Below are positions 16,569 through 25,744 of a stretch of 25,744 nt of DNA, piece after piece (the stretch's first letter is position 1; each line of letters opens with the position of its first letter). Position numbers and translations under genes: made by a program. The DNA is from an uncultured Chloroflexia bacterium (GTDB lineage: Bacteria; Chloroflexota; Anaerolineae; JAAYZQ01), in NCBI GenBank assembly GCA_963700285.1, contig CAVOXA010000002.1, forward strand, positions 1 through 25,744, written 5' to 3'. A model generated the notes under the pieces. The model was not told where the DNA came from, did no database searches, and saw only the letters and a list, made by a program, of their open reading frames with translations.

Positions 16569-17018
16569 CTAGCCTTGGTTCTCAGCCAACCCTTGGGCCC
16601 AAGCGGCCGCGCGCTCGACCTCACCGTCTTTCAGCGGGCCTTCCCCACCGGTGACGTAGAAGCCTTCGGCTGAACCGGCCGAGGTCCCGCCCTTTGCCTT
16701 CAGTGCCTTTGCGATCTTGGGGGCAGCCGTGCCAAAGAGTGTGATCAGTCGGTTTGTCATTCGGGTATCAAAGCCGGCTACCTTGACCCCCTCCAGAGCC
16801 TGGGCCTGGATCTGTTCTAGAAACTCTTGCATGTCCGGCGACGGCTTGGCTCCGTGGGTCGGGGCGCCGATGATGAGCAGATCATAGGCCCCCAGTCCGG
16901 ACGCCGTCACATCACCTACATGCATCACTGCAACTTCCCCGGGAATCGCATCACCAATGCTTTGGGCGATAGTCTTTGTGTTCCCATAGAGCGAGTCGTA
17001 GACAACCAGCGTTTTCAT
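16569..17018 (-). CDS. Flavodoxin family protein
   Basis: MKTLVVYDSLYGNTKTIA, IIGAPTHG, AGFDTR, GPLKDGEVERAAAWA; own GGAGG RBS. Confidence 0.9.
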   Translation of the reverse strand: MKTLVVYDSLYGNTKTIAQSIGDAIPGEVAVMHVGDVTASGLGAYDLLIIGAPTHGAKPSPDMQEFLEQIQAQALEGVKVAGFDTRMTNRLITLFGTAAPKIAKALKAKGGTSAGSAEGFYVTGGEGPLKDGEVERAAAWAQGLAENQG

Positions 17019-17101
17019 GGTTCCTCCCCACTTGCTCGAGTATACACCATCCCTGTCCATCGTTCCTGACAACAATCTGTCGTTGTGTGGATAGCCCACC
17101 C

Positions 17102-17604
17102 TCACCCGCCACCATACAGAAACAGCGGCACGACCACCAGGAAAAAGTCGGCCTTCTGCAGGGTGTGCATCACCAAACCCGGCGTATTGTTCCTGAGACG
17201 GCACACTACATAGGACAACCCCAGGCACAGCGGCAACAGGCTGAGCAGATCCCACCACTTGAAGGCATGGAACCCGGTCCACATCAGTCCATGGACGAGC
17301 CAGGTCCGTTTGCCAAAGGTCAATTCCTGGCGGGGCAGGATGTAGCCGCGCCACCAGAGCTCCTCCCCGGCTATGTTGAAAAAGAGGACCGCCAATGAGG
17401 TAAGGACGAACCCCCAATTCCCCTGCAAGCCACCAACCGCCTGGTCGTACATAGCTCCAGTTGTCGCAGTTCGTGGATCGAGAAACGCCGGTAGGTTCTG
17501 CGGCACGGGCATGATGCCCGCCGCGATGAGCCAGGCTGAGAGCTGCTGCAGCAAGAACCAGACGGCGAGCTGCAAGACCCAGACGCCGAGCGTCCAGAGC
17601 CAGA
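17102..17604 (-). pseudogene. CPBP (CAAX protease/Abi) family intramembrane metalloprotease, 5'-truncated
   Basis: GEELWWRGYILPRQE, HGLMWTGFH, GLVMHTL motifs; frame begins abruptly at the ATPase junction. Confidence 0.8.
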
Positions 17605-19151
17605 GGGCGATAGGCCACGCCCAGCACCCGCAGCGCGTTGGAGGACAGGGCCTCGTTCGTGCTCAGGATGTCACCACGCCGCTCCCCGGTCAGAGGGCGC
17701 TCCGTGCCGTCCTCGATGACCTTGTGGCACAATTCCAGCAGCAGGTCGGGCGCGCCCTTGACGTAGGCCACGTACCCGCCGTGGCGCGGGTCGGGGTGGA
17801 TGGTCGTCATCCGCTTGCGCGTGGAGTCGAAGGGGATCTCCTGCCGGCGGGGATAGGCCTGCGCCAGCTCCTCTTGCCACAGGCCGGCCTTGGCCGCGGC
17901 CACGACCAGCGCCCCCTCAGTGGGGTCGCCCACCAGAAACCAGCCCTCTTCTTGGCCGTTCTCGAGGTGCGCGTCGCTGCACAGCGCCGCCGCCCGCAGC
18001 AGCAGGCGCGAGCCGGGATACCCGGCCAGGTCCACCTGCCGCCCATCGTCGTGGAACCCGCCCTGGGGCATGTAGCCTTCGCCTTGGATGGCCAACAGTG
18101 TACGGTCCACGTACAGTTGCACAGCGGTCATCTCGTTCTTGGTCAGCGTGCCGGTCTTGTCGGAACAGATGGCCGTCGCCGAGCCCAGCGTCTCGACGGC
18201 AGGCAGCTTGCGGATGAGGGCGTGTCGCTGGAGCATGCGCTGCAGGCCCAGGGCCAGGCAGATGGTGACCACCGCCGGCAGCCCCTCGGGCACGGCGGCG
18301 ATGGCCAGGCTGACGGCCACCATGAACATCTCCAGCACGTCCCGCCCCTGCAGCCAGCCGGCCAGGAAGACGACGGCGCAGATGGCCAGCGCGCCCCAGC
18401 CCAGCCAGCGGCCCAACTGGTCGAGCTTGACCTGCAGGGGCGTCGGCTCCTCGTCGTAGGACTGGATCATTTCGGCGATGCGGCCGATCTCGGTGTTCAT
18501 CCCTGTGCCGGTGACCAGGCCTCGCCCGCGCCCGTAGGTGATGAGGGTGCTCATGTAGGCGCAATTGCGCCGGTCGCCCAGCGGTGCATCGGTAGGCAGT
18601 GTGCTGTCCGCACGCTTTTGCACCGGCACCGACTCGCCAGTCAGCGACGCCTCGTCGATGCGTAGATTGACGCTCTCAACCAGGCGCAGGTCGGCGGGCA
18701 CATAGTTGCCCGTCTCCAGCAGCACCAGGTCGCCGGGCACCAGGTCCCGGGCCGGGATGGTGGCCTGGTGGCCATCGCGAATGACCCGGGCCTCGGGCGC
18801 AGCCAGTTTTTTCAGCGCCGCCAGCGCCTGTTCCGCCTTGCTCTCCTGCACCACGCCGATGACGGCGTTGAGGATGACGATGGCCAGGATGGCGACGCCG
18901 TCCAGCCACTCGCCCAGGAAGAATGAGATCAGCGCCGCGACGATGAGAATGATCACCAGGAACTGGCGGAACTGGTCCAGCAGCAGTTGCCAGAAGGCCG
19001 GCCCTTCCCGCTCGATCAGCTCGTTGGGACCCAATCGCCTCTGTCGAGCGACCACCTCGGCGGGCGCGAGGCCACGCTCCAGATCCGTACCCAGAGTCTT
19101 TGCTGTCTCCTCCGCTGGGAGGGAATGCCACGTTCCCTGTATCTGATCCAT
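17605..19151 (-). pseudogene. Cation-transporting P-type ATPase (type IIA-like), 3'-truncated
   Basis: DEASLTGES, VPEGLP, ICSDKTGTLT, GDPTEGAL, KGAPD, LRVLGVAYR present. DPPR, TGD, GDGVND and the C-terminal helices are absent. Confidence 0.9.
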
Positions 19152-19183
19152 GCTGTCTACCCGTTGCCCTCGCTCGAAGGAAC

Positions 19184-19444
19184 CTACCCAAAAACACGCC
19201 GGGCGGCAGCCTCGTCGACGCGGCACTCCCCCTGGATCAGCAGATCCAGGGGGTTGACGCTGGCGCCATCGACCAGAATGCCCGGTGAAGCCCGCATTTG
19301 GTGCTGTTCGGCCAGGGCGCGTCCCTCCGCCGATTCCAGTTCGATGTGCGTGAAGGGAATGCCGTATGATTCCAGGTATTCGATCATTTTCCGGCTGCGC
19401 CGGCAGTTCTTCGCCGGCAGAACGACGATACGCGCTTGGCTCAC
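19184..19444 (-). CDS. Small glutaredoxin-like protein
   Basis: CRRS (CxxS) motif, YLESYGIPF, ASPGILVDG; start overlaps the upstream stop. Confidence 0.65.
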   Translation of the reverse strand: MSQARIVVLPAKNCRRSRKMIEYLESYGIPFTHIELESAEGRALAEQHQMRASPGILVDGASVNPLDLLIQGECRVDEAAARRVFG

Positions 19445-19839
19445 TGGCGTTGCTTCTCCTTCAGAGGGGTACCTGCCTCTTGGATTCGCCGCTCGATATC
19501 CTGTTTGATGCGATCCTTGTCGGCTGCATCATAAGAGAGGACCGGCGCCTTCTTGACACCATAGTCCTGTACCATCTCTACCCGAGTATCTGGCTGCCTC
19601 CCGCTATGCGTCTCCAGGATCCTGGTGCAGCACATGACCGGGCAGCCTTCGACTATTACCAACAACCGGGCAGCTTTGACCTTGTCCAGCCCGGTCGCCT
19701 GATCGATGGCCACTGCCGGCAGGCATACCAGCGCATGGTCACCATTCTCCCGCGCCAACTCGGTGGCCACAGCCCCCGCCAACTGACCCGTATTGGATGC
19801 TCCATAACAGGTGGCAATTACCACTTCTGGCTGAGACAT
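19441..19839 (-). CDS. DGC-domain putative zinc-binding protein
   Basis: TCYGASNTGQLA, VCLPAV, IVEGCPVMCC. Confidence 0.8.
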   Translation of the reverse strand: MSQPEVVIATCYGASNTGQLAGAVATELARENGDHALVCLPAVAIDQATGLDKVKAARLLVIVEGCPVMCCTRILETHSGRQPDTRVEMVQDYGVKKAPVLSYDAADKDRIKQDIERRIQEAGTPLKEKQRQ

Positions 19840-19993
19840 GACTGTATCTTCTCCGCGACACGCTTCTCATCTGCCCCCATGTGCAAGTGGGATCTGGGCA
19901 GACAGAAATAGGGCCGTCCAGGTCACGTAGCTTGCCGGACGGCCTCTGTTGTTGGCTCACAATCCTGCACGTCAGGGCAAGGGCCGTCCAGCC

Positions 19994-20261
19994 CTATTCC
20001 ATGCCTGCCTCGCGCAGAGCGCCGACCAGGCTGTCCTTGCTGGGCGCCAGGCCCACGAACTTGACCAGGTCGCCTACGACCAGGGCCGGGGCATTGGTGA
20101 TGGCATACTCGTCCCACTCCGGGTCGCCGGGGCCGGTGTGGAAGACGATCTCTACCTGGTCGCCGAACTCGGCTCTCGATCTCTTTCAACAATCGCTTGA
20201 CGGCCACGCCGCCGGAGCAGGGCGGTATCGACACAAAGGCTTCAATCCTTACTTTAGACAT
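19994..20261 (-). CDS. Small thioredoxin-fold protein, one frameshift near 20175
   Basis: MSKVRIEAFVSIPPCSGG…LLKEIE / EFGDQVEIVF…EYAITNAPALVVGDLVKFVGLAPSKDSLVGALREAGME*. Confidence 0.65.
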
Positions 20262-20518
20262 AGCCCACCTTCCCGCAGCGCGTTGTTGAGGGTCGCCTCG
20301 CTGGGGCACATGCCCTCGATGCGGATGGAGCCGTTGACCACGGCCGCCGGCACGCAAAAGAGCTTGTACGCCTCGAACTTGTCCATGGCCTCCTGCCCCT
20401 GCAGAACGGTCATCTCCAGCTCGCCCGGATACTTGGCCGCGACCCGCTCTGCCAGCTCGATGATGGCGACGCAGCCCGGGCAGGGCGGATCGCCGCTAAA
20501 GATCTCCAACTTGACCAT
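20249..20518 (-). CDS. Small thioredoxin-fold protein
   Basis: MVKLEIFSGDPPCPGC…VPAAVVNG; AGGAGG RBS. Confidence 0.8.
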   Translation of the reverse strand: MVKLEIFSGDPPCPGCVAIIELAERVAAKYPGELEMTVLQGQEAMDKFEAYKLFCVPAAVVNGSIRIEGMCPSEATLNNALREGGLCLK

Positions 20519-20520
20519 GT

Positions 20521-20789
20521 TTAGCCTCCTCTCAAGTTTGAGTGCTTTTTCGATGATGGGAACGAGTTTGGGCGCCGGCATGACCTTGCCGGTGGCGACC
20601 ACCTCCTCGCCGACGACGACCGACCGGCGTGACCATCAGCCCGTACTGCTGGGCCTCGGGTCCCAGGGCGTCGAGATGGACGACCTCGACCTGGCCAGGG
20701 AACTTTTCGGCTGCCTTGCGCGCCTCCCGCTCCGCCCGTTTGCAGTTGGCGCAGGGCGGCGTGGTGCCGAACACCTTGATCTGCAGCAT
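20521..20789 (-). CDS. Small thioredoxin-fold protein, frameshift near 20620
   Basis: MLQIKVFGTTPPCANCKR…YGLMVTP / VVVGEEVVATGKVMP; 3' end uncertain. Confidence 0.7.
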
Positions 20790-20813
20790 GTCTCACCTCC
20801 TTCTCTTCCGGAT

Positions 20814-21068
20814 CTATTCCTCACTTGCCGACAAGGCGGTGGCGATGAGCGACGTGGTCTCGGCCTTGGTGGGCACCCGCCCATAGGAGACCACCTGCCC
20901 GTCGATCACCAGCCCCGGCGTGGCCGGGATGTTGTAGGACAGGATGTCCATCATGTCGGTCACCTTGGTGACCGTGGCCTCAACACCCATCTCGTCCAGC
21001 GCCTGACGCGTGACCTTTTCCAATCGTTTGCAGTTGGGGCACCCAGTGCCCAGAATCTTGACTTCCAT
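20814..21068 (-). CDS. Small redox-active disulfide protein (MTH895/TM0996-like thioredoxin family)
   Basis: MEVKILGTGCPNCKRLE, TPGLVIDGQVVSYGRVP. Confidence 0.9.
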   Translation of the reverse strand: MEVKILGTGCPNCKRLEKVTRQALDEMGVEATVTKVTDMMDILSYNIPATPGLVIDGQVVSYGRVPTKAETTSLIATALSASEE

Positions 21069-21139
21069 TGTAGACTACCTCCTCTTGTTTGGATTATCTG
21101 TTCCAAAGCGGGAGCCGGTGATTCGGCGCCCGGCCCTTT

Positions 21140-22630
21140 CTACAGCTGTTGCGTCTCGGCCTGTATCTCGGTGCGGTCAGAACGGCGGCGAATCAACCAC
21201 AGGCTCACCACCAGTAGGCCCAAGAAGACTGCCAGACCCAGCAAGGATCAGCCAGAGCGCTCGCGCCATCCACCCACGCGCCGTAGAGCAGGCCGGCCAG
21301 TCGTAGCTAAATACCGTCACCAGCCCCACGTAAACCCAGGTCTTCTCGTTGCCGATGATCTTGGCCGTGATCAGGATGCTCTGGATGCTCAAGCTCCGGA
21401 TCGGCCATCAGGTAGGCCAGCAGTGGACCGCGATGCATGCCCAGTTCCAGGAACATGTTGGCGATGGGCACCTCGACCAGGGTCGGAAAGTACATGAACA
21501 CGCCAAACAGCACCCCGACCAGGTTGGCCAGTATCGTGTTCTTGCCCGCCAGGGTCTCGATCAGGCCAGGCGGGATAATCACCCGCACCATGCCGGCGAT
21601 GAACACGCCGACGATGAGCAGGGGAAAGATCTGCTTGACAAAGCGCCACGTCTCCCACAGCCACTCCTGCACCTCGTACTCGTCGAGCCACTTCCAGGCC
21701 ACCAGCGCCTACAGCGCCGATGATGAGCACCTCGCCGATAAAGCGGCCGGTGATGCCGATGACCAGTCCGTTGGGTGTGGGGGTGACCTGCAGCGCTGCC
21801 ACCAGCAGGGTCAGGGCGATGAGGCCCAGTGCCACCCAAGACCAGGCGTTGAAACCCTCGTCGATGTTGTTCAGCCCGAACCAGGCGGTAATGCCGATCA
21901 GGACCAGCAGGACAATGAGCAGCACTCCCTGCACCGAGACCCCCTCCTGCCCCTGGCTGGCATCGTAGGGCACCAGCCAGTCCAGGGTCGCCTGCCAGCT
22001 GCGCCGTGTCGCCCAGCGGCAGGGTGATCTGGGCATAGGTATCCTTGAGCAGCGGGATCGCCAGCGTGCCGACGATCAGCCCCGCCAAGCAGTAGCAGCA
22101 AAAAGACCACAGACGCCCGCTTGATGCTGGCACTGGCCGCAAAGGCCCCGCCGCCGGTACTGGCTTCGTTGTGAGCCTGATCGTCGCGGCGGTAGATGAA
22201 GGCCATGATCAGGCCGATGCCGATGCCAAATACCACTGAGAGGATGATGCGAGCCATGGCGATGTCCATGCCAATGGCCACGCCGGTGTAGCTCACGGCC
22301 AGGATGTTGATGGCCGGTCCGACGAACAGAAAGGTGATGGCCGGCCCCAGCCCGGCGCCCTGGGCGATAGATGCTGGCAAAGAGGGGCAGGATGGTGCAG
22401 GAGCAGACGGCCAGCACAAAGCCACCGGCAGCGGCCATGGGATAGGAGACCCACGGGGAAGCATCCCGTCCCAGGTAGCGGGTGATGGCCTCCTTGGGGA
22501 TCAGGGCGGTCATGGCGCCGGCGATGAAAAAGGCCGGCACCAGGCACAGTAGGACGTGAGCTGCCAGGTAGGAAGCCAGGCTGCTCATGCCCGACTGCAA
22601 CATGGTGACGATCCATTCGACGATAGGCAT
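21140..22630 (-). CDS. Permease of the ArsP/DUF318 family, broken by several frameshifts
   Basis: Consecutive fragments in different frames: HVLLCLVPAFFIAG, LAVCSCTILPLFA, GAGLGPAITFLFVGPAIN, MYFPTLVEVPIA, GPLLAYLMADPEL. Confidence 0.85.
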
Positions 22631-22665
22631 TTCGACCTCCGTTGGTACTGTATGCGTGCCTTTGC

Positions 22666-22685
22666 ATATTCAGAGAATTGAATAT
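22666..22685. promoter_or_regulatory. Operator-like palindrome upstream of the permease
   Basis: ATATTC-N8-GAATAT; a second copy lies at 23095-23114. Confidence 0.65.
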
Positions 22686-22706
22686 ATATGACGAAAATAA
22701 AAAGAA

Positions 22707-23078
22707 TTACCCGTCGCCCTGACAGCGTGGGCACGGGCAGTTCGCCAGCGCCTCTTCAGGAACCGGCGCGAAGACAAGGCTGTCGCCCTCAAGGTCCTTG
22801 ACCACCGCCCTCCCTTGATCCAGCAGAGTGGCCAGGTGGTCGTCGGCCAGACGATAGTAGATCAAGGTACCATCCCGGCGGTCGGTGACCAAACCGGCTT
22901 CACGAAGGGTGGCGAGCTGCTGCGAGACGTAGGGCTGCCGCTGGCCCAGGATCTCGGTCAGGTGGCAGACACAGGCCTCCTGGCGGGCCAGGATGTCCAG
23001 GATGCGCAGCCGTACCGGGTGCGAGAGCGCCCGGAAGAGTTGAGCCTGCGACTTGAAACCGTTTGTGGCTCTTGCCAT
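22707..23078 (-). CDS. ArsR/SmtB family transcriptional repressor
   Basis: FRALSHPVRLRIL, EACVCHL, QPYVSQQLATLREAGLV, C-terminal CPCPRC. Confidence 0.92.
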   Translation of the reverse strand: MARATNGFKSQAQLFRALSHPVRLRILDILARQEACVCHLTEILGQRQPYVSQQLATLREAGLVTDRRDGTLIYYRLADDHLATLLDQGRAVVKDLEGDSLVFAPVPEEALANCPCPRCQGDG

Positions 23079-23094
23079 CTATGCCCTCCTCTGA

Positions 23095-23143
23095 ATATTC
23101 CAACAACCGAATGTATTCTACATCCAAAGTTGTGACTTGTCAA
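23095..23143 (-). promoter_or_regulatory. Sigma70 promoter with adjacent operator
   Basis: TTGACA (23138-23143)-N17-TAGAAT (23115-23120), followed immediately by ATATTC-N8-GAATGT (23095-23114). Confidence 0.8.
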
Positions 23144-23186
23144 GTCCGGAAAGCACAATGTACATGGGATACGGACTTGCCAACTG

Positions 23187-23621
23187 CTAGCCGGTGGCAG
23201 CCAGTTCCGCCAGCCACCCTTTGATGCGCTCATCGATCTGGTCCCGCACCTCACGAAACTTGGCCAGAATCTCCTCCTCGGAGCCGACAAAGGCGGCCGG
23301 ATCCTCGAACCCCCAGTGCAGTCGCTGGCCCATGCCGGGAAAGACGCTGGGGCACTTTTCGTCGGCGTCGCCACAAACCGTGATCAAGTAGCCAAAGTGC
23401 ACCTGGCCCATGTACTCGGACAGCGGTTTGGAGCGGTGCCCGTCGAGGGGGATACCGACCTCTTCCATGACCCGGATGGTGTAGGGGTTGATACCCTTGG
23501 GCTCCAGGCCGGCGCTGTAGACCTCAAAGCGGTCACCAGCGTACCGGCGGAGGAAGGCCTCCGCCATTTGGCTTCGGGCCGAGTTGCCTGTACACAGAAA
23601 CAAAACCTTCGTCTTTCGCAT
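23187..23621 (-). CDS. arsC: Arsenate reductase, LMW-PTP (thioredoxin-coupled) family
   Basis: [16 protein letters not shown]-loop, [12 protein letters not shown] resolving cysteines, HWGFEDP. Confidence 0.93.
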   Translation of the reverse strand: MRKTKVLFLCTGNSARSQMAEAFLRRYAGDRFEVYSAGLEPKGINPYTIRVMEEVGIPLDGHRSKPLSEYMGQVHFGYLITVCGDADEKCPSVFPGMGQRLHWGFEDPAAFVGSEEEILAKFREVRDQIDERIKGWLAELAATG

Positions 23622-23668
23622 GCGTGCCTCCTTGAATTCTGTCTATTACACTCTTTCACTGTTTGCTT

Positions 23669-24835
23669 TCAGTCTATTCCTTCTCTCAGCAGATTCTGTG
23701 TGGGCGGACAAGCCTCTGCCCCTGCTTCCACCACCTCAGCCGGAGCTGTGCTCAGCTCGCGACCGAAGTACCGTCTCTGGAAGAAAAAGGCCACACTCAC
23801 CAGGCCGATCATGACCGGCACTTCGACCAGCGGGCCGATCACCGCCGCAAAGGCCTGTCCGGAGTTGATACCAAAGACAGCCACAGCCACAGCGATGGCC
23901 AGCTCAAAGTTGTTGCTGGCCGCCGTGAAGGCGATGGTCGTCGTCTTGGAGTAGTCAGCGCCGGTCCGGCGGCCCATCCAGAAGCTGACCAGGAACATCA
24001 GCACAAAGTAGATCAGCAACGGGATGGCAATGCGCACCACGTCCAGCGGGATCTGGACGATCAGGTCGCCCTTCAGGCTGAACATGACGACGATGGTGAA
24101 CAGCAGGGCAATCAGCGTCAGCGGGCTGAGGCGGGGGATGAAGCGCGTTTCGTACCACTCCCGACCCTTGACCCGCAGCAGGACGAGGCGGGTGGCGAAA
24201 CCGGCGGCCATGGGGATGCCCAGGTAGATAAGAACACTCTTGGCGATCTCGCCGATGCCGATCTGCGACCTCGCTGCCCTGCAGGCCAAACAGGGGCGGC
24301 AGGACGCTGATAAAGAACCAGGCGTAGACGCTATAGAAGAGCACCTGGAAGACGCTGTTAAAGGCCACCAGCCCAGCGGCGTACTCCCGGTCGCCTTTGG
24401 CCAGATCGTTCCAGACGATGACCATGGCGATGCAGCGGGCCAGGCCGATCATAATCAGCCCGATCATATACTCTGGGTAGTTGCGCAGGAAAACAACGGC
24501 CAAGACAAACATCAGCACCGGGCCGATCACCCAGTTCTGAATCAGGGACAGACCCAAAACTTCGAATGTTGCGGAAGGCCTTACCCAATTCCTCGTATCG
24601 CACCTTGGCAAAGGGCGGGTACATCATCAGGATCAGGCCGATGGCGATGGGCACGTTGGTTGTGTCCACCTGGAACTGGTTGATAAAGCCCTCGACGCCA
24701 GGCACAAAGTAGCCCAGGCCCACGCCGATGCGCCATGGCCAGAAAGATCCACAGAGTCAAGTACCGGTCTAGCAGTGAGAGCCGCTTGGCTACACTGCCG
24801 CTTCGGCTTCTATTGGTGCCTACACGATCTGACAT
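23669..24835 (-). CDS. acr3: ACR3 family arsenite efflux transporter, broken by frameshifts
   Basis: [70 protein letters not shown], found in successive frames. Confidence 0.93.
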
Positions 24836-24860
24836 TGGATTCCACCTCCCCACTCACAAT

Positions 24861-24883
24861 ATAATTCAATGTCAATTGAAGTA
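24861..24883. promoter_or_regulatory. Operator-like palindrome upstream of acr3
   Basis: ATAATTCAATGTCAATTGAAGTA (TTCAA-N6-TTGAA); a second copy lies at 25306-25328. Confidence 0.7.
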
Positions 24884-24898
24884 ACAGGGCAAAAAAAC

Positions 24899-25291
24899 CT
24901 ACTGCTTACGTACCAGAACAGGATCCACAACCACGACTGTCGCCTGGGGCCCACACATTTTCCGCCGTGGCTTGATCCGACGTGGATCGAAGAATACTCC
25001 AAAGCAACGGTTTAGTTCGTCGAGGGCCTCACGATTCAGAGAGTAGTAGACCCACCGGGCGTCGTCCGTATCGCGTTCCACGTCGACCAAGCCTGCCTCG
25101 CGCAGGACCCGCAAGTGGTGGGAGATGAGGTTGGGTGCCATGTCCAGCGCGTCACCCAACTCGCAGTTACATTGGACGCCCTCCATGAGCATGTGCAGGA
25201 TGCGCAGGCGTTTGGGTTCGGCCAGCACTTTGAGCTGGTCGGCAAGGGCCAGCAGATCTGTAGGCGGCTGGTCGATGCCATTGATCGCCAA
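24899..25291 (-). CDS. arsR: ArsR/SmtB family transcriptional repressor
   Basis: LKVLAEPKRLRIL, VQCNCEL, ISHHLRVLREAGLV, RWVYYSL; first gene before acr3-arsC; TTG start after GGAGGG. Confidence 0.88.
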   Translation of the reverse strand: MAINGIDQPPTDLLALADQLKVLAEPKRLRILHMLMEGVQCNCELGDALDMAPNLISHHLRVLREAGLVDVERDTDDARWVYYSLNREALDELNRCFGVFFDPRRIKPRRKMCGPQATVVVVDPVLVRKQ

Positions 25292-25305
25292 GAATCCCTC
25301 CTCTG

Positions 25306-25352
25306 ATAGTTCAATCGTGGTTGAAGTATACCACGGTCTGTGGAGAAGTCAA
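25306..25352 (-). promoter_or_regulatory. Sigma70 promoter overlapped by an operator
   Basis: TTGACT-N16-TATACT with extended -10 TG; ATAGTTCAATCGTGGTTGAAGTA (25306-25328) overlaps the -10. Confidence 0.75.
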
Positions 25353-25744
25353 ATCCCGCGACCTTAGAGGCAACATGGACGCGGTGCTCAAATCAAGGGT
25401 ATCATCTACCGAGGCGGCGACCTGGTGATTCACGACTGCTTCGCAGCCCGCCATATTGCCAAGCTGTCTGGCTGGCAGATATGTTGGCAGGCAGGCAACT
25501 CCGGTGAACTGGAGTTCAGCATAGATGCTTTTTGCACTAATCGCCGGAAGTTGGGTTGCCGGTCAAACTGGCACGGCCCATCAAATAGATCAAGATGTAG
25601 AGCGGCTCTGACTTCAAAGAGGGCAAGACTCACTCTCTGAGCGGGGTCTATCTGATGACAAGATCGGCGATTCAGATACGGTGGTCCTGACCAAGGAAGC
25701 GAAGCCGGAATCGTGGTCGGAGAAATATTGTCAAGGGTCAGTCC

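Noticed and set aside
16569-19226. 885 aa ORF as a real ATPase-flavodoxin fusion
   Set aside because: The middle part is an off-frame read-through of the CPBP gene, the flavodoxin has its own RBS and start, and the ATPase lacks essential motifs.
19850-19990. Small selenoprotein reading through the TGA at 19923-19925
   Set aside because: No redox motif around the TGA and no recognisable homology.
19881-21497. 538 aa plus-strand ORF (also 17373..18665 and other long plus-strand ORFs)
   Set aside because: Antisense to well-supported minus-strand genes in GC-rich DNA.
25375-25744. Short ORFs at the right end
   Set aside because: No recognisable motif, so left unannotated.
1-25744. CRISPR array, tRNA/rRNA, intact integrase or reverse transcriptase
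   Set aside because: No regularly spaced repeats, RNA-gene signatures or catalytic motif sets were seen.

Overview
GC-rich bacterial DNA in which every recognisable gene lies on the minus strand. The gene content suggests a Chloroflexota/Anaerolineae-type genome, but that is inference only. Left part (about 0.5-17.6 kb): a plastic accessory region. It has at least five integron-type attC sites, all oriented with the genes, and no integrase in the window. Cassette-like genes include GNAT, glycolipid-binding, C45 peptidase, DUF1801, isochorismatase, DinB, SRPBCC and YdeI proteins. It also has an IS701 inserted in the DUF1801 gene, two MITE-like elements and several truncated genes. The most unusual feature is three copies of only the 3' part of yjbQ. 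The two long copies start at the same junction behind the same ~120 bp non-coding segment but differ mainly at synonymous sites, which suggests repeated integration of small cargo modules into yjbQ. Right part (17.6-25.4 kb): an arsenic-resistance/redox cluster (arsR-acr3-arsC-arsR-permease, four small thioredoxin-fold genes, a DGC zinc-binding gene, a glutaredoxin-like gene and a truncated P-type ATPase) with two distinct pairs of operator palindromes. Several frameshifts there may be sequencing errors. All family calls come from motif recognition by eye; no database search was run.
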